From a virus: 64,000 bases of DNA. Position numbers and translations under genes: made by a program. Below are positions 1 to 10,442 of this stretch, in pieces. Below the pieces are notes generated by a model that saw only the letters and a program-made list of their open reading frames with translations, searched no databases and was not told the DNA's origin. The stretch covers positions 1 to 64,000 of IMG/VR virus record IMGVR_UViG_3300032229_000588; one strand, 5' to 3'. Within the stretch, counting starts at the first letter, position 1. Each line of letters begins with the position of its first letter.

Positions 1-549
1 AATACCCATACCAATCTTATCTGCCAATACAGATGCGTTGTGTTGTTTACCACCCTTACCATCAAAAGTCATCTTACAAGGAACTGAACCAACAGAATCC
101 CACAAGAACAATAAACTGTAGTCCAATTCACCTTTATCTTGAGCGTCTAACAAACTGTTGATGTAGTCTGTAATTTGTTCGATGTAATCGAAGTCATTGT
201 TGAAGATGTAAAAACCATCCCAATCAATCTCACCTGTCTCCTCATCAACTACTTCCTCACATTCAAAACCCATAAGTTTTGCGTGTTCAAAAGACCATTT
301 TTGTTCTGTAATAATGAATACAGGTAGGATACCCTTCTTTTGAGCGTCAACCGCAGTCTTAACCAAAGCAGTTGTTTTACCTGTATCCGAGTGACCCAAG
401 AACATATTCAAGTGTCCAATCGCAGGACCTGGTAGTCCAACCGCATCCAAGAAATCAGGACCTAAGTCGAAAAATCTTTGTGGTTTGTACTTAGCCGATG
501 TAGAGAATTTCTTCTTTACCGCACTAAAATCGTTTTTCTTAATTGCCAT
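1..549 (-). CDS. recA: RecA/UvsX-like recombinase (runs off the left window edge)
   Basis: Not in the ORF track. Manual translation from ATG at 549: MAIKKNDFSAVKKKF...GPAIGHLNMFLGHSDTGKTTALVKTAVDAQKKGILPVFIITEQKW...LLFLWDSVGSV. Contains Walker A (GHSDTGKT), catalytic E and RecA-type Walker B (WDSVG). Lies near the SSB gene. Confidence 0.85.
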   Translation of the reverse strand, partial: MAIKKNDFSAVKKKFSTSAKYKPQRFFDLGPDFLDAVGLPGPAIGHLNMFLGHSDTGKTTALVKTAVDAQKKGILPVFIITEQKWSFEHAKLMGFECEEVVDEETGEIDWDGFYIFNNDFDYIEQITDYINSLLDAQDKGELDYSLLFLWDSVGSVPCKMTFDGKGGKQHNASVLADKIGMGI

Positions 550-766
550 AATGTTTTGCGTAAAATTCTTTTATGGTTACAAGTTTATCTGACGCGTTTG
601 CAAGTTTCTCGACGAAATTATCCATCTCTTCCAAATGTTGTGGGTGTTCACCAATCCCTACCGCATTTTCCATATAAACCATTAATGTTGCCTCAGCCTC
701 AGCAACTTCACTCTCGTATTTCAATACAAGAGATTCAAACATTCTTTTTCCAATTCTATTTTGCAT
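539..766 (-). CDS. Small hypothetical helical protein
   Basis: 75-aa ORF between SSB and RecA; its stop overlaps the RecA start by 11 nt. Confidence 0.7.
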   Translation of the reverse strand: MQNRIGKRMFESLVLKYESEVAEAEATLMVYMENAVGIGEHPQHLEEMDNFVEKLANASDKLVTIKEFYAKHYGN

Positions 767-790
767 GTGTTGTTTTTTTCTTGATTAAAT

Positions 791-831
791 AAAAAAAGCA
801 TGGACACTATGTCTATCCAAGTGTCCATGCT
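791..831 (-). terminator. Intrinsic terminator after SSB
   Basis: Inverted repeat AGCATGGACACT (797-808) / AGTGTCCATGCT (820-831), followed on the - strand by a T-run (A-run at 791-797). Confidence 0.75.
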
Positions 832-839
832 CTGTTAAA

Positions 840-1688
840 TTAGAATGGTAATTCTGAGTCAGTTTCGTCGTTAGCCTGTGGGTCAACAGACGGTGTAGAT
901 TTACCACCACCGATAGATGTTGTTGATTCGAGGTCGTTTGCATAAACGTATCCACCTTTTTCAGAATCCCACTTTGGAGTTTCTCCACGAGCAATTGCCT
1001 CAAGGTAATCAACAGGTTTCTTAGAATATACATCCATCCAAGTCAACTCGTCATTAATCCAAGCGTCAGCCTGAGCTTTGTCTTCATGAACAGAAGTTGG
1101 GTCATCGTACATGATTGTAGAAATACTTGTGTACTCTTTACCCGCAGGTGTTTTAGATTTAGTCAATTCGATGATAAGGTCACGTCCTTTTTCAGGGTCA
1201 GTGATGTCACCTTTGTTTCTCCAAATCGGAATGATTTTATCCAAGATACCATCATTCTTATAGTTGTGTTTAAATCTCCAAAATTTAACTCCGTCTTCCT
1301 CATTATCACGGTCGATAACTTTAACGATGTAAAATTTACGAGACTTGTATTGTTTTGCCAATTCTTTGTCTGATTCTTTACCCGTAGACATCAACTCTTC
1401 GTAAACCTCATTCAAAGGTGAACGCTCGTTGTCATTTTTTCCTGGGTCATAGAATTTGTTCCACTGACCACCAACTTGAATTTCGTGGTACCATGCTTCT
1501 TTGAATGGTGAAGAACCATCATGTGTTGGGAGGATACGTACTCTACGTTGTCCTGATTTCTCTTTGTCAGAGAGGATACAAGCGAAATACTTTTTCATTC
1601 TTTCGTCTTGCGACATCTTACTTTGGGCCCCGCCCCCTTGTTGTGCTTTTTCGTACTGTGCCAATACGGCGTCTAATGAACTCATCAT
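840..1688 (-). CDS. Single-stranded DNA-binding protein, T4 gp32-like
   Basis: RVRILP...PFKEAWYH, KFYIVKVIDRD...GVKFWRF, DITDPEKGRDLIIE, and an acidic tail ending DETDSELPF; recombination gene context. Confidence 0.85.
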   Translation of the reverse strand: MMSSLDAVLAQYEKAQQGGGAQSKMSQDERMKKYFACILSDKEKSGQRRVRILPTHDGSSPFKEAWYHEIQVGGQWNKFYDPGKNDNERSPLNEVYEELMSTGKESDKELAKQYKSRKFYIVKVIDRDNEEDGVKFWRFKHNYKNDGILDKIIPIWRNKGDITDPEKGRDLIIELTKSKTPAGKEYTSISTIMYDDPTSVHEDKAQADAWINDELTWMDVYSKKPVDYLEAIARGETPKWDSEKGGYVYANDLESTTSIGGGKSTPSVDPQANDETDSELPF

Positions 1689-1718
1689 GTTTTATATATT
1701 TAAGTTTAATTTGTTCTA

Positions 1719-1750
1719 CAAATATAGTCTAGTTTTCCCACTTTGTCAAA
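1719..1750 (-). promoter_or_regulatory. Bacteroidota-type housekeeping promoter (-33 TTTG / -7 TAnnTTTG) upstream of SSB
   Basis: The - strand reads TTTG-ACAAAGTGGGAAAACTAGAC (20 nt)-TATATTTG. It also reads TTGACA-17 nt-TATATT. Confidence 0.7.
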
Positions 1751-1751
1751 T

Positions 1752-1779
1752 AAAAAAAGGTCACCTTTTGGGTGACCTT
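1752..1779 (-). terminator. Intrinsic terminator
   Basis: AAGGTCACC-loop-GGTGACCTT hairpin with a T7 run on the - strand, just downstream of ORF 1799..2497. Confidence 0.8.
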
Positions 1780-1798
1780 CCATTATTTATTGTGTTTG

Positions 1799-2497
1799 TT
1801 ATTTGTATTTGAATTCGTCCTCAAATCCGTTACCTTGGAAAGAATTCTTAATGTCATTAACATTGATGTCAGTCACGTCATCAGGTGTTAAAACATAATC
1901 ATTTTTTCCCGTCTTTTCCATCTCTTCTGATTTGTCATCGAAGAATTGTGATAATTTTTGACTGTAAGGATATGAATCATATGTTCTTAGCTCCAATTTT
2001 TCTTGTGGAGTTTTTTCACGATACTTTTCGATTTTATTTTCAAGAGCATTTAACTTATTCATAATTGAATCCATCTCACCCAATCTTGATTCCAATTTGT
2101 TTAATTGTCCAAACAAATTATCAAAATAACTATCTTGTTTTGATTGAATATCTTTTTGAGTAGTAACTAATTCAGTTATATCTAATTCCTCAGAATCGGT
2201 TTCTTCAGCACCTTTTTCTTGTGATTCCCCATCATCTCCAATTTTTTCAACATCGGGGTCATTCTCAACATCAATAGGTGTTGGAGCTGCGTCTGCTGCT
2301 GGTGGAGCTGCCGCATCACCTGGAGGTGGTGGGGGAACTGCCGCAGCATCTGCGGGTGGTGGTGGAGGTGCCGCCCCTGCATCAGGTGCAAGTGCCGCTA
2401 AATCATCAGGAGCAGGCTCTGCAGCTTGTTCCATAATATATTTATTGATACTTCTGTATCTTTCAATTTCACTTAAAATTTTTCTGTCTATGCTCAT
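1799..2497 (-). CDS. Hypothetical acidic, Pro/Ala-rich, coiled-coil protein (possible head-internal or scaffold-like)
   Basis: 232 aa; N-terminal ILSE/IME motifs, a P/A low-complexity stretch, and a heptad region (LNKLESRLGEMDSIMNKLNALENKIE). Confidence 0.6.
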   Translation of the reverse strand: MSIDRKILSEIERYRSINKYIMEQAAEPAPDDLAALAPDAGAAPPPPPADAAAVPPPPPGDAAAPPAADAAPTPIDVENDPDVEKIGDDGESQEKGAEETDSEELDITELVTTQKDIQSKQDSYFDNLFGQLNKLESRLGEMDSIMNKLNALENKIEKYREKTPQEKLELRTYDSYPYSQKLSQFFDDKSEEMEKTGKNDYVLTPDDVTDINVNDIKNSFQGNGFEDEFKYK

Positions 2498-2501
2498 TTC
2501 G

Positions 2502-2726
2502 TTAACCGTTTAACAATTGCTTTATACCTTTAGAGGTTTCAACTCTAACTTTTCTGTTGGCAGTTGTTTGGTGTCCAGCTCTTTCAATAAGACCATCTCT
2601 TTCTCTTACAGTATAACAATCTCCTGTATCCAAGTCACAAACTTGCTTAGTTCCGTCACCATTATCTTCTTGTGAAAATCTTGTAGATTTACCAAGGTAG
2701 TTGTCTAATGCTGTTTTAATGTCCAT
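2502..2726 (-). CDS. Hypothetical protein
   Basis: 74-aa ORF preceded by a TATTTATA motif; contains CDLDTGDC. Confidence 0.65.
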   Translation of the reverse strand: MDIKTALDNYLGKSTRFSQEDNGDGTKQVCDLDTGDCYTVRERDGLIERAGHQTTANRKVRVETSKGIKQLLNG

Positions 2727-2764
2727 AATTATGTTTCTATATAAATATATCGTTATTTGTTAAA

Positions 2765-5700
2765 TTATATTTGTATGTTTAGTTTAAAGAATTGGTAAAC
2801 CGTTTGAGGTGGTACCGCAGCAACTAAAATAGGTTCAGCGTTAAACGCAAACTCACAAATAATATTACTGTTTGGTGGTGGAGTTTGCCAAGCAGTCGTA
2901 ATAACCGATATTATATCATTTTCTGACATATAGAAATTAGATGGTGTTGTGAAATAAATCACATCTAAGGCAATTTCACCACTCTCATAAACCGTATATG
3001 TTTCCGTAACATTATTTGTTGTATTTTGTTGTGTTACCTTAAATTTAAGTATTGGTGGTATTTGTGTTGGTAACATTGTGTATGAAGCGCTTAACAATGG
3101 ATTAACACTAACGTTGATAGACGCCTGACTTAACGAGTATAAACCATTTTGAGTTGCACCAATCAATGGTAATTCACCAGTCTGTTGTGGTTGGGTATTA
3201 GCATTTAACGGTACATTTGATACTGTTGATGGAGGTGCCGCAGATACTTGTTGCGGATTATATGTAAATGTTGTCGTACTTGAACCGACACCGTAAACAC
3301 CTTTTAATGTTATTACGTTGTTTTGTGGAACAATAGTATTACTAAATGGAACTACGACAACTACATTAGTATCACTATTAATAGTAATACCCGTTGTAAC
3401 GGTAACTCCATTTATTGTTACACCAGTCACTGAACTAAATTCTTTACCAATAATATTAACTATCGTACCTGTAACACCTGTTGATGGTGTAAATGATGTG
3501 ATAGATGGTGGTAAACAAACAGGTGCAGGAACCGTTGTAGTATTTTGATTATTTGTGGTACCAGTACCTCCACTAGCAATTTGTTGTTCTTGTTCTTTAT
3601 TTGCCTTAGCAACATTAAAATTAGCATCAGTACTTAATTGTACTTCTCTAGCTGATTTTAATCCTTTTTTAACCGTTTCAAAAAGTGTTTTAAACTCATC
3701 TTGATTTGCATCAAAATATTCTGGAGTCGTATTAGGATTTGCACTTGTTGCTGGCGTCCAATAACAAACATAGAATTTTGGTAATCCTAATGGAGCATTA
3801 CCATTCTCACCAAACAAAATACGTCTAACATTTGGCGTTAACCTTGCAATCATAAAATCAATAAACTTGTCAATACTATCAAAGTTAGCGATTGGTGTTG
3901 AACTATTTGCTAATGATGAAGTTGAGTTTGAAACTGAAACACATGATGCTTGTTTTTGTATGAAGTATTGTGTACTTTGCCCCCAATATACACTTAACTC
4001 AACATTGGCGAAGTTGTTATTATAACCATAGAAACTATCCTTATTATATGTTTTAATATAACACATTAGGTAAATAAGCATTTGTAAATTCACATCACTT
4101 GTTTTAGCAACAATTGCATCCGCTAATTGTTGTTCACTCAATTTAATTGTTGCGGATTCAACAAAATCTCCCCAAGTACTATAATTAGTGTTCAAAGATA
4201 AAGTACAACTATTCACTGCTGCCGCAGTATTTTCACCTATTTGTGAAAGAAGTGCGGTCTTATTTATATTTGTGATTGGTTTTGCAGGTATGTTATCTTT
4301 CTTAGTTAATATCGCGGTTTCAATTTGTGTTAATAAATTCTGATTTAAACTTTGTAATAAATTATCGATAGATGGTAAATCATAAATACCCTGTCTAACA
4401 CCCGTAAAATCTGTTTGGAATTGACCTGGTTGAATTGTGTGATTAACCTCTGTTATCAAATAAGGTCCATTAAACATTGGGACGTGTCTTAAATTAAAGT
4501 ACATCGTTGGTTGTAATAAAGCATTACCCAAACAAACCACTTGGCATTGGTAACTTCTTTGTTTATATAGATTATATAACCCGACGTTTTGTGTTGCAAC
4601 ATTTTTACCATTAGCTTGATTAACCATGTTAATCTGAGTCTGTATTGTTTCAGATGTTGCTTTACCACTATCCATTGAAACATTGAATGAGTAAAATATG
4701 TTTTGATTTCTAGTTCCAATATCAACATTAAATCCAACACATTTATTAGAAAATGCCCAATCTCGTTTACCAACTTGATTTTCAATTAACGGATTTTCAG
4801 ATGCTCGTCTTAATTCAAATGAATCATCTCTAAATCTTGAATTACCTTTAGGTAAGTCTAATTGAGCGGATGGTAATCCCGCATAGAAACAAACCACTTT
4901 TGGACTTGATTTTCTATAATCAACATCTAAAAATGTACCCCACATATTATCCGCAAATTCTAAAGAACCCTCAGCGCTTTGTGATATGGTTGTTCCATCA
5001 GCGTCTTGTACATTATAAAAATTAACGTAAGCTGGTAATGGCATCACATTAAATTTATTTCTAATTAATATTCCACTTATGAATGTGAAAACACTCATTT
5101 CCATATTAAATGAAGATTCTTCAAAAGTTTTGTTACCTAAAAGACTATCTTTTAATGAGAAGATGTCAACTAATAAAGTGTCACCAATATTTCTTGACGC
5201 TCTGTCTAAGAACAAGAAATCTTCGAATAATGTTTTACTTGAATAATCTCCACCCGCAATCCATTTATCATTTAACGCTTTGAACATTTCATAGTTCTCA
5301 ACTTTAGATTGTTGCCCGTCAATAACACTCTGTATTTTCTTTTCAGGTAATTCTTGTTGATTAGGTAACTCAAGTCTAACTCTTGTTAATATTTGATTTA
5401 AAAACAAATCTTGAATCGCAGTAGTACCATCCAAATAAGTTTGTAATCTCGTTTTAAACTCACTACTTGTTAAAGTTGGCGTTAAAAGTTTTTGTGTTGC
5501 GTATTGTTTTATTAACTGGGAACATAAAACAATGTTGTCCACAGTAAACTCGATGTTATTATCAATAAAGAAATCCGTAATATACGAACCTTGATTAGTA
5601 TATCTCAAGTTTTGAATTGTTGAGAATCCAACTTCAGTTTCTAATGCTAACCATTGATTAGGATATAACGCTTTAGATTGAGCTAAAGTTATAGTTCCGT

Positions 5701-8700
5701 TACTTGACGGTAAGGTACCATTAACGTAAGTTCCAAAATTAATTGGGTCGGTAACTGTATTTGGTCCGTTGTTAGCCTCGATAAACGAATCAACAACTCT
5801 TCTCTTGTAATTAGCGGGGTTACCATATTTCAACATCACATCATAATCTAAAAACGATTTGATTGTATTTGAAAATGAAACTAATTGTGTATTACCAAGT
5901 GTGTTAAAATATTCCGAATTAGATAGTCCAAGGTTTGTATTTACAGACATTAAACTTCTAAACAAATATTGGAAATTCCTATATAATGCCGTGTTATCAA
6001 CAGGGGATTCACCAACAGGTACACTTACTTGTGGACCTAAATCAATATCCGCAATTGGCTTAGAGAAATTTAAAAACTCTTGTTCAAATTTATCCAAAAT
6101 ACTTTTATCAAATACAGAGAATATTTCTTCAATGTTTGAATATTCGTCAGTAATTAATAATTTAAATGCCGATTGTTTTGTGTTACCCGTTAATATCTTA
6201 TTGACATATTTTTCAGGACTTGGTTTAACTACTTGTGTGTTATCAAAATAACCATAGTTTGGTGCCGACCACAACATTCTCACAGAACCATTATAAATGG
6301 AAGGGTTATTTAAGAACGGAACAATCTGAACATTATTTTGTAATAACTCAACGTTTATTTGGTTTATAGGTGTACCAAATGAAGGTACTATAAAATACTT
6401 ACCACTTTTAGTATTTTGGTTTGGTTTACAATTACTTGCTAAATTATCTAAATCCATTACCGTATCAGGTAACACCACAGACCAAGTCTCAATTGTCGTT
6501 ATTTTAGGAACACCAGTTAAAAGGTCTACAACCGAACCACTTGGATTAATATTTGAATCTTTAAAGTTATACACTTTCATACCTCCACCAATACTCGATT
6601 GAATCTCAGTATCAGTATAATCCTTGTATAAATCATAACCATTATAAAACACGTTAAAGTCATTAATAACTTTAGGATAAAACCCTGATTGTATTTTTGG
6701 ATTTAAACTTGATGTTGTGTTTTGTAATGTGATTTCTTTAAAACCGTCAAACTCAAATTTATATGTTTTAGTATCTGAACTAGTTATTGGGTCAAAATTA
6801 GTCTTATAGTCAAAGTTGGTCCAAGCGCTATCCAAGAAATCAACGCCAGTTGTTTTATACGTTTTATATCTATACCAAATAGACCCCATCTTTAAAACCC
6901 AAGCGTATGGCATTTTATGAATCGCACCAAACTTCTTAAAACAAGACGCGATGTAATCTAAATCATTCGATGAGTTTAATGTCTTGTATTTTTCTTTTAG
7001 AGATGCTAAAGGTAATGAATTAATAAATAAGTAAGCAGCTTGAACGTATGGGTACTTATCTTTCTTTCTCCAATTATAGACACCATTTTGAATTGCGTTC
7101 ACCATGTACGGTGTATTCAACATAGTGGTTGTTGTTTCAGTTGTAATATTATTTACCTGTCTTGTATGGTAAACATACCCTTCAGTTGGTATGAACTTTT
7201 CAGGGTTTTTTCTAGTATCCAAAAATATCGCCAAATTAGTTTGGGTAATCTCAGGAATTGGGTCAGTTACCGTTAAATAAGAAAAATTAGTTACAGGTCT
7301 GTTTGTTGTATAATCATAAACACTATCAAAGTTAGATATAACATTTCTTTCTTTAAAAACTCTCAATACTTGTTTTGTATTATAAACAGAATTGTTAGTG
7401 TTTGTTATACTTTGAGCCATGTTATTAGAAACCCAAGTTGGGTTTGTAAACGGATATGTGTCAATAATTAATGGGTCATTTGACGCGTTTTTAACTAATT
7501 GTTCTAACGCTTCAAATTTGGCGGCATTTTGGGGTTCTTTACCCAAGTCATTTATTGTGAGTATATTAAAAGAGTTTTCAGTTAAATTTCGAATATATGG
7601 TGTTACATAAAAATCTCGTATAAATTCTTGGTACGCCTTACCCGTACCTTGGTTAGAGAAATTAGATAAAGTTTGTTTATAGTTCTGAGCAGTTATATCA
7701 TAATTTTTAAGCTTCAACGTTAAAAATGGTGAACTAACACCTAAACTTGTAACAATATTAGTTGTTTCGGAATTTGAAACTAAGTCCGTTAATTGACTTA
7801 ACTGATTTGTATTTGCTCTAATATATCCTGAGTAGTTAGCAGTTAAAAATTGTCTTTCCCAAATTTCATAGAAGAATTTAATTTCTTCTTTATTAGCATA
7901 AGCAATCCCATTTGAAGGGTATTCAATCGCATTAATATTGATAATATTCGTAGTTGCCTGACTATCTGTTGGTACCTGAGCAATAGGCGGATTAAACCTT
8001 TGGGTAATACCTCTCATATATTCTTCAACAAACTCAACTTCAGGCCATTTGTCATACAAAAATCCTTTTGTTATATCAACAACTGAAGGGTCGGCAATAT
8101 ACCTTAATTGAAAACGTCCTTTTTTATCGTCAGGGGTTTCAACAAAGAATTGAGGCCAAGGATAAACAGGTACATCACTTGTTGATAATCCTTGGTTTTG
8201 ATTTGCAGCTTCTTGAGTTTTCCCAACTTTTTGTACCGTGTCAGTACCAGGCGCCGAAGAGGGATTATCTAATATCGCTAATTGTCTAACAGGGTCATAT
8301 TTTACATTCCAAGCATTTGTATGAACCTCATCCATTAAACGAATAAACGCTTCAGCAGATGCCATTATAACCGCACAAACATTTCTTACCGTTGGTCTAA
8401 ATCCAAGACCAATTTTAGAATCCTCAATTTTTCTTGAAAAATCGGCGGTTAATATAGTTTCATATTCCGTTAGTTTTCTATTAGCTTCCGCTTCAACTTG
8501 GTAAATTAAATTTTCAAATCTTGGCTCAACTTGGTTTGTCACCGTATTTGTTTTAAAAATAAAAAATGGTGATTTAATTACATTTAAAGAACTTGACTGA
8601 TTTGAAGATGTTGTCGGATTTAAAGTTATTTCAGCAATTGGTTGGTACAATTCTTGTAAGTACTTTTTAGTCGCGTCAATATTTCCCTGGGTTGGTGCAA

Positions 8701-10129
8701 ATATACCTGTTTGTTGAATTGTTGTTTTAACCAAATCAATATCATCTATATTAACCGTAATTAACATAGTATTATTGGTTATTGGGTTTTTAATTGGTGA
8801 TTTACCTTTTACCCCAAGTGTTGGGTTTTCAGCTAACAATGTATTATATTGTGAGGTATAACCACTTAACAATGTTCGAGCAGCTTGTTGTCTTGTAGGG
8901 TCTTTTAATATTTCTTCTTTAAACGCGTAAATGTAAGTTCCATTTTTTAATACAATTGGTCTTGTATTCATGTATGTATTATACCAAGACGTATCAGAAC
9001 CATAAATTTCGTTATAATAATTTTTCAAAGTTTCTTTATACGCCCTAATATTAGTCAATGGTTCCACATCAACTTTAGTATATGAGTCAATGATAGTCTT
9101 TTCAAAGTTCTCCAACGCATTCATAAACTGAGCAAATGTCATTTCAGGAAAATCAGGGTCAAGTAATCCTTTGGCTTTATATTCACTATAAACCTCAATA
9201 ACTTTCTGATAACCTTTTTCACTTACAATTTGGGTAACCACATTATTTTGACTATTACTTGCCTGACCAGCAATTGTATTACTTTGCTTTGTAGTTGATT
9301 CAATGTTTTTATTACCACCCTCCGCAGATGTTGGTGATTTAGAAATATCAAATCTTGTACTATACATGTGTGGAGCAGCCAATAAATGACCCATAGATAT
9401 TTCATTAAGGATATTAAATTTATATCCAACAAATTCTAACGTAACTTGATAATTCCCACTGAATGAATTAAATCTGGCATTAAAAGTTTTTAAATTTAAT
9501 TGATACTTAATCGCTTGACCATAATAACCTTTAAGTGTAAGATAAAATGGAGGATATGGTAAATTAAAAAATGCCGCGTAAGGTGAGTTATCACCGAGTT
9601 CAAATAAAGCTTTACCTTGAATATCCTCTAATTCAATTGTTACTTGAGGTACAAATGAAGTGTTTGTTCTTACGTTAATTGAAGTGATACCCAATAACCC
9701 GTTGTCGGTTGCCACATTTCCAGGGTTGTTTACCGTAACTTTATCATATGGTTTTGTCCCATCATTTGGGTCAATAGTTTGTGTTCTTGTTTGGTTTACA
9801 CCTAAACCATTTGTACTCCCCTTACCTGTCAGCTCATCGTAATACCCTGAAGTTAAATAAGTCCCCTCAGTTGGTCTTAAAAAATTAATTTTAGCAACGG
9901 AAATAACTCGAGCCCTATCTTCAGGACTTCCACCTACCGCCAACTTAGTTCTTGGCAATACTTCAGCTTCAAGGTTGGCAAACATGACCAAATTCTCATG
10001 GTCAACCAATCTTTCACTAATATTACCAAACGCATCAATAGTTTTATTTGGGTCAACAACAATAATGTTATTGTAATCAAATTCTACTAATACGTTTCCA
10101 CTGTTGTCTCCTGGTCTGTTACCTGCCAT
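2765..10129 (-). CDS. Giant virion baseplate hub-like protein with C-terminal IPT/TIG domain
   Basis: 2454 aa in the tail module. Hub-like (gp27/GpD-type) segment CLGNALLQPTMYFNLRHVPMFNGPYLITEVNHTIQPGQFQTDFTGVR; IPT/TIG-like PPSITSFTPSTGVTGTIVNIIGKEFSSVTGVTING. Confidence 0.65.
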   Translation of the reverse strand: MAGNRPGDNSGNVLVEFDYNNIIVVDPNKTIDAFGNISERLVDHENLVMFANLEAEVLPRTKLAVGGSPEDRARVISVAKINFLRPTEGTYLTSGYYDELTGKGSTNGLGVNQTRTQTIDPNDGTKPYDKVTVNNPGNVATDNGLLGITSINVRTNTSFVPQVTIELEDIQGKALFELGDNSPYAAFFNLPYPPFYLTLKGYYGQAIKYQLNLKTFNARFNSFSGNYQVTLEFVGYKFNILNEISMGHLLAAPHMYSTRFDISKSPTSAEGGNKNIESTTKQSNTIAGQASNSQNNVVTQIVSEKGYQKVIEVYSEYKAKGLLDPDFPEMTFAQFMNALENFEKTIIDSYTKVDVEPLTNIRAYKETLKNYYNEIYGSDTSWYNTYMNTRPIVLKNGTYIYAFKEEILKDPTRQQAARTLLSGYTSQYNTLLAENPTLGVKGKSPIKNPITNNTMLITVNIDDIDLVKTTIQQTGIFAPTQGNIDATKKYLQELYQPIAEITLNPTTSSNQSSSLNVIKSPFFIFKTNTVTNQVEPRFENLIYQVEAEANRKLTEYETILTADFSRKIEDSKIGLGFRPTVRNVCAVIMASAEAFIRLMDEVHTNAWNVKYDPVRQLAILDNPSSAPGTDTVQKVGKTQEAANQNQGLSTSDVPVYPWPQFFVETPDDKKGRFQLRYIADPSVVDITKGFLYDKWPEVEFVEEYMRGITQRFNPPIAQVPTDSQATTNIININAIEYPSNGIAYANKEEIKFFYEIWERQFLTANYSGYIRANTNQLSQLTDLVSNSETTNIVTSLGVSSPFLTLKLKNYDITAQNYKQTLSNFSNQGTGKAYQEFIRDFYVTPYIRNLTENSFNILTINDLGKEPQNAAKFEALEQLVKNASNDPLIIDTYPFTNPTWVSNNMAQSITNTNNSVYNTKQVLRVFKERNVISNFDSVYDYTTNRPVTNFSYLTVTDPIPEITQTNLAIFLDTRKNPEKFIPTEGYVYHTRQVNNITTETTTTMLNTPYMVNAIQNGVYNWRKKDKYPYVQAAYLFINSLPLASLKEKYKTLNSSNDLDYIASCFKKFGAIHKMPYAWVLKMGSIWYRYKTYKTTGVDFLDSAWTNFDYKTNFDPITSSDTKTYKFEFDGFKEITLQNTTSSLNPKIQSGFYPKVINDFNVFYNGYDLYKDYTDTEIQSSIGGGMKVYNFKDSNINPSGSVVDLLTGVPKITTIETWSVVLPDTVMDLDNLASNCKPNQNTKSGKYFIVPSFGTPINQINVELLQNNVQIVPFLNNPSIYNGSVRMLWSAPNYGYFDNTQVVKPSPEKYVNKILTGNTKQSAFKLLITDEYSNIEEIFSVFDKSILDKFEQEFLNFSKPIADIDLGPQVSVPVGESPVDNTALYRNFQYLFRSLMSVNTNLGLSNSEYFNTLGNTQLVSFSNTIKSFLDYDVMLKYGNPANYKRRVVDSFIEANNGPNTVTDPINFGTYVNGTLPSSNGTITLAQSKALYPNQWLALETEVGFSTIQNLRYTNQGSYITDFFIDNNIEFTVDNIVLCSQLIKQYATQKLLTPTLTSSEFKTRLQTYLDGTTAIQDLFLNQILTRVRLELPNQQELPEKKIQSVIDGQQSKVENYEMFKALNDKWIAGGDYSSKTLFEDFLFLDRASRNIGDTLLVDIFSLKDSLLGNKTFEESSFNMEMSVFTFISGILIRNKFNVMPLPAYVNFYNVQDADGTTISQSAEGSLEFADNMWGTFLDVDYRKSSPKVVCFYAGLPSAQLDLPKGNSRFRDDSFELRRASENPLIENQVGKRDWAFSNKCVGFNVDIGTRNQNIFYSFNVSMDSGKATSETIQTQINMVNQANGKNVATQNVGLYNLYKQRSYQCQVVCLGNALLQPTMYFNLRHVPMFNGPYLITEVNHTIQPGQFQTDFTGVRQGIYDLPSIDNLLQSLNQNLLTQIETAILTKKDNIPAKPITNINKTALLSQIGENTAAAVNSCTLSLNTNYSTWGDFVESATIKLSEQQLADAIVAKTSDVNLQMLIYLMCYIKTYNKDSFYGYNNNFANVELSVYWGQSTQYFIQKQASCVSVSNSTSSLANSSTPIANFDSIDKFIDFMIARLTPNVRRILFGENGNAPLGLPKFYVCYWTPATSANPNTTPEYFDANQDEFKTLFETVKKGLKSAREVQLSTDANFNVAKANKEQEQQIASGGTGTTNNQNTTTVPAPVCLPPSITSFTPSTGVTGTIVNIIGKEFSSVTGVTINGVTVTTGITINSDTNVVVVVPFSNTIVPQNNVITLKGVYGVGSSTTTFTYNPQQVSAAPPSTVSNVPLNANTQPQQTGELPLIGATQNGLYSLSQASINVSVNPLLSASYTMLPTQIPPILKFKVTQQNTTNNVTETYTVYESGEIALDVIYFTTPSNFYMSENDIISVITTAWQTPPPNSNIICEFAFNAEPILVAAVPPQTVYQFFKLNIQI

Positions 10130-10442
10130 AATAATAGAAATAGTTATCTAAAGCCGCTTTATAGTCTTGTAATGAAGGTAGTAGTGGATAAGGAATAATC
10201 AATACCGCACCATCGAATATATTATTTTCCAAACCACCAAATTGAGGGTTAGCTTGTAAAATTAACCAACCAAAATATGGTGAGTTATAATACTCTTGAG
10301 ATACCACATCTAATCGACTACGAGCCACTTTATATATGTAAGACTTATCTGTTGGTTTTTGAGGTAATTGCACAAAAGGAACAACGGTTTGTTCACCATT
10401 AATTAAAAAATCACTATACCTATTCCAATATTGATACGCCAT
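10119..10442 (-). CDS. LysM-like baseplate wedge protein (gp53/tail X-like)
   Basis: RLDVVSQEYYNSPYFGWLILQANP...GAVLIIP pattern; position between hub and tube-initiator genes. Confidence 0.75.
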   Translation of the reverse strand: MAYQYWNRYSDFLINGEQTVVPFVQLPQKPTDKSYIYKVARSRLDVVSQEYYNSPYFGWLILQANPQFGGLENNIFDGAVLIIPYPLLPSLQDYKAALDNYFYYYGR

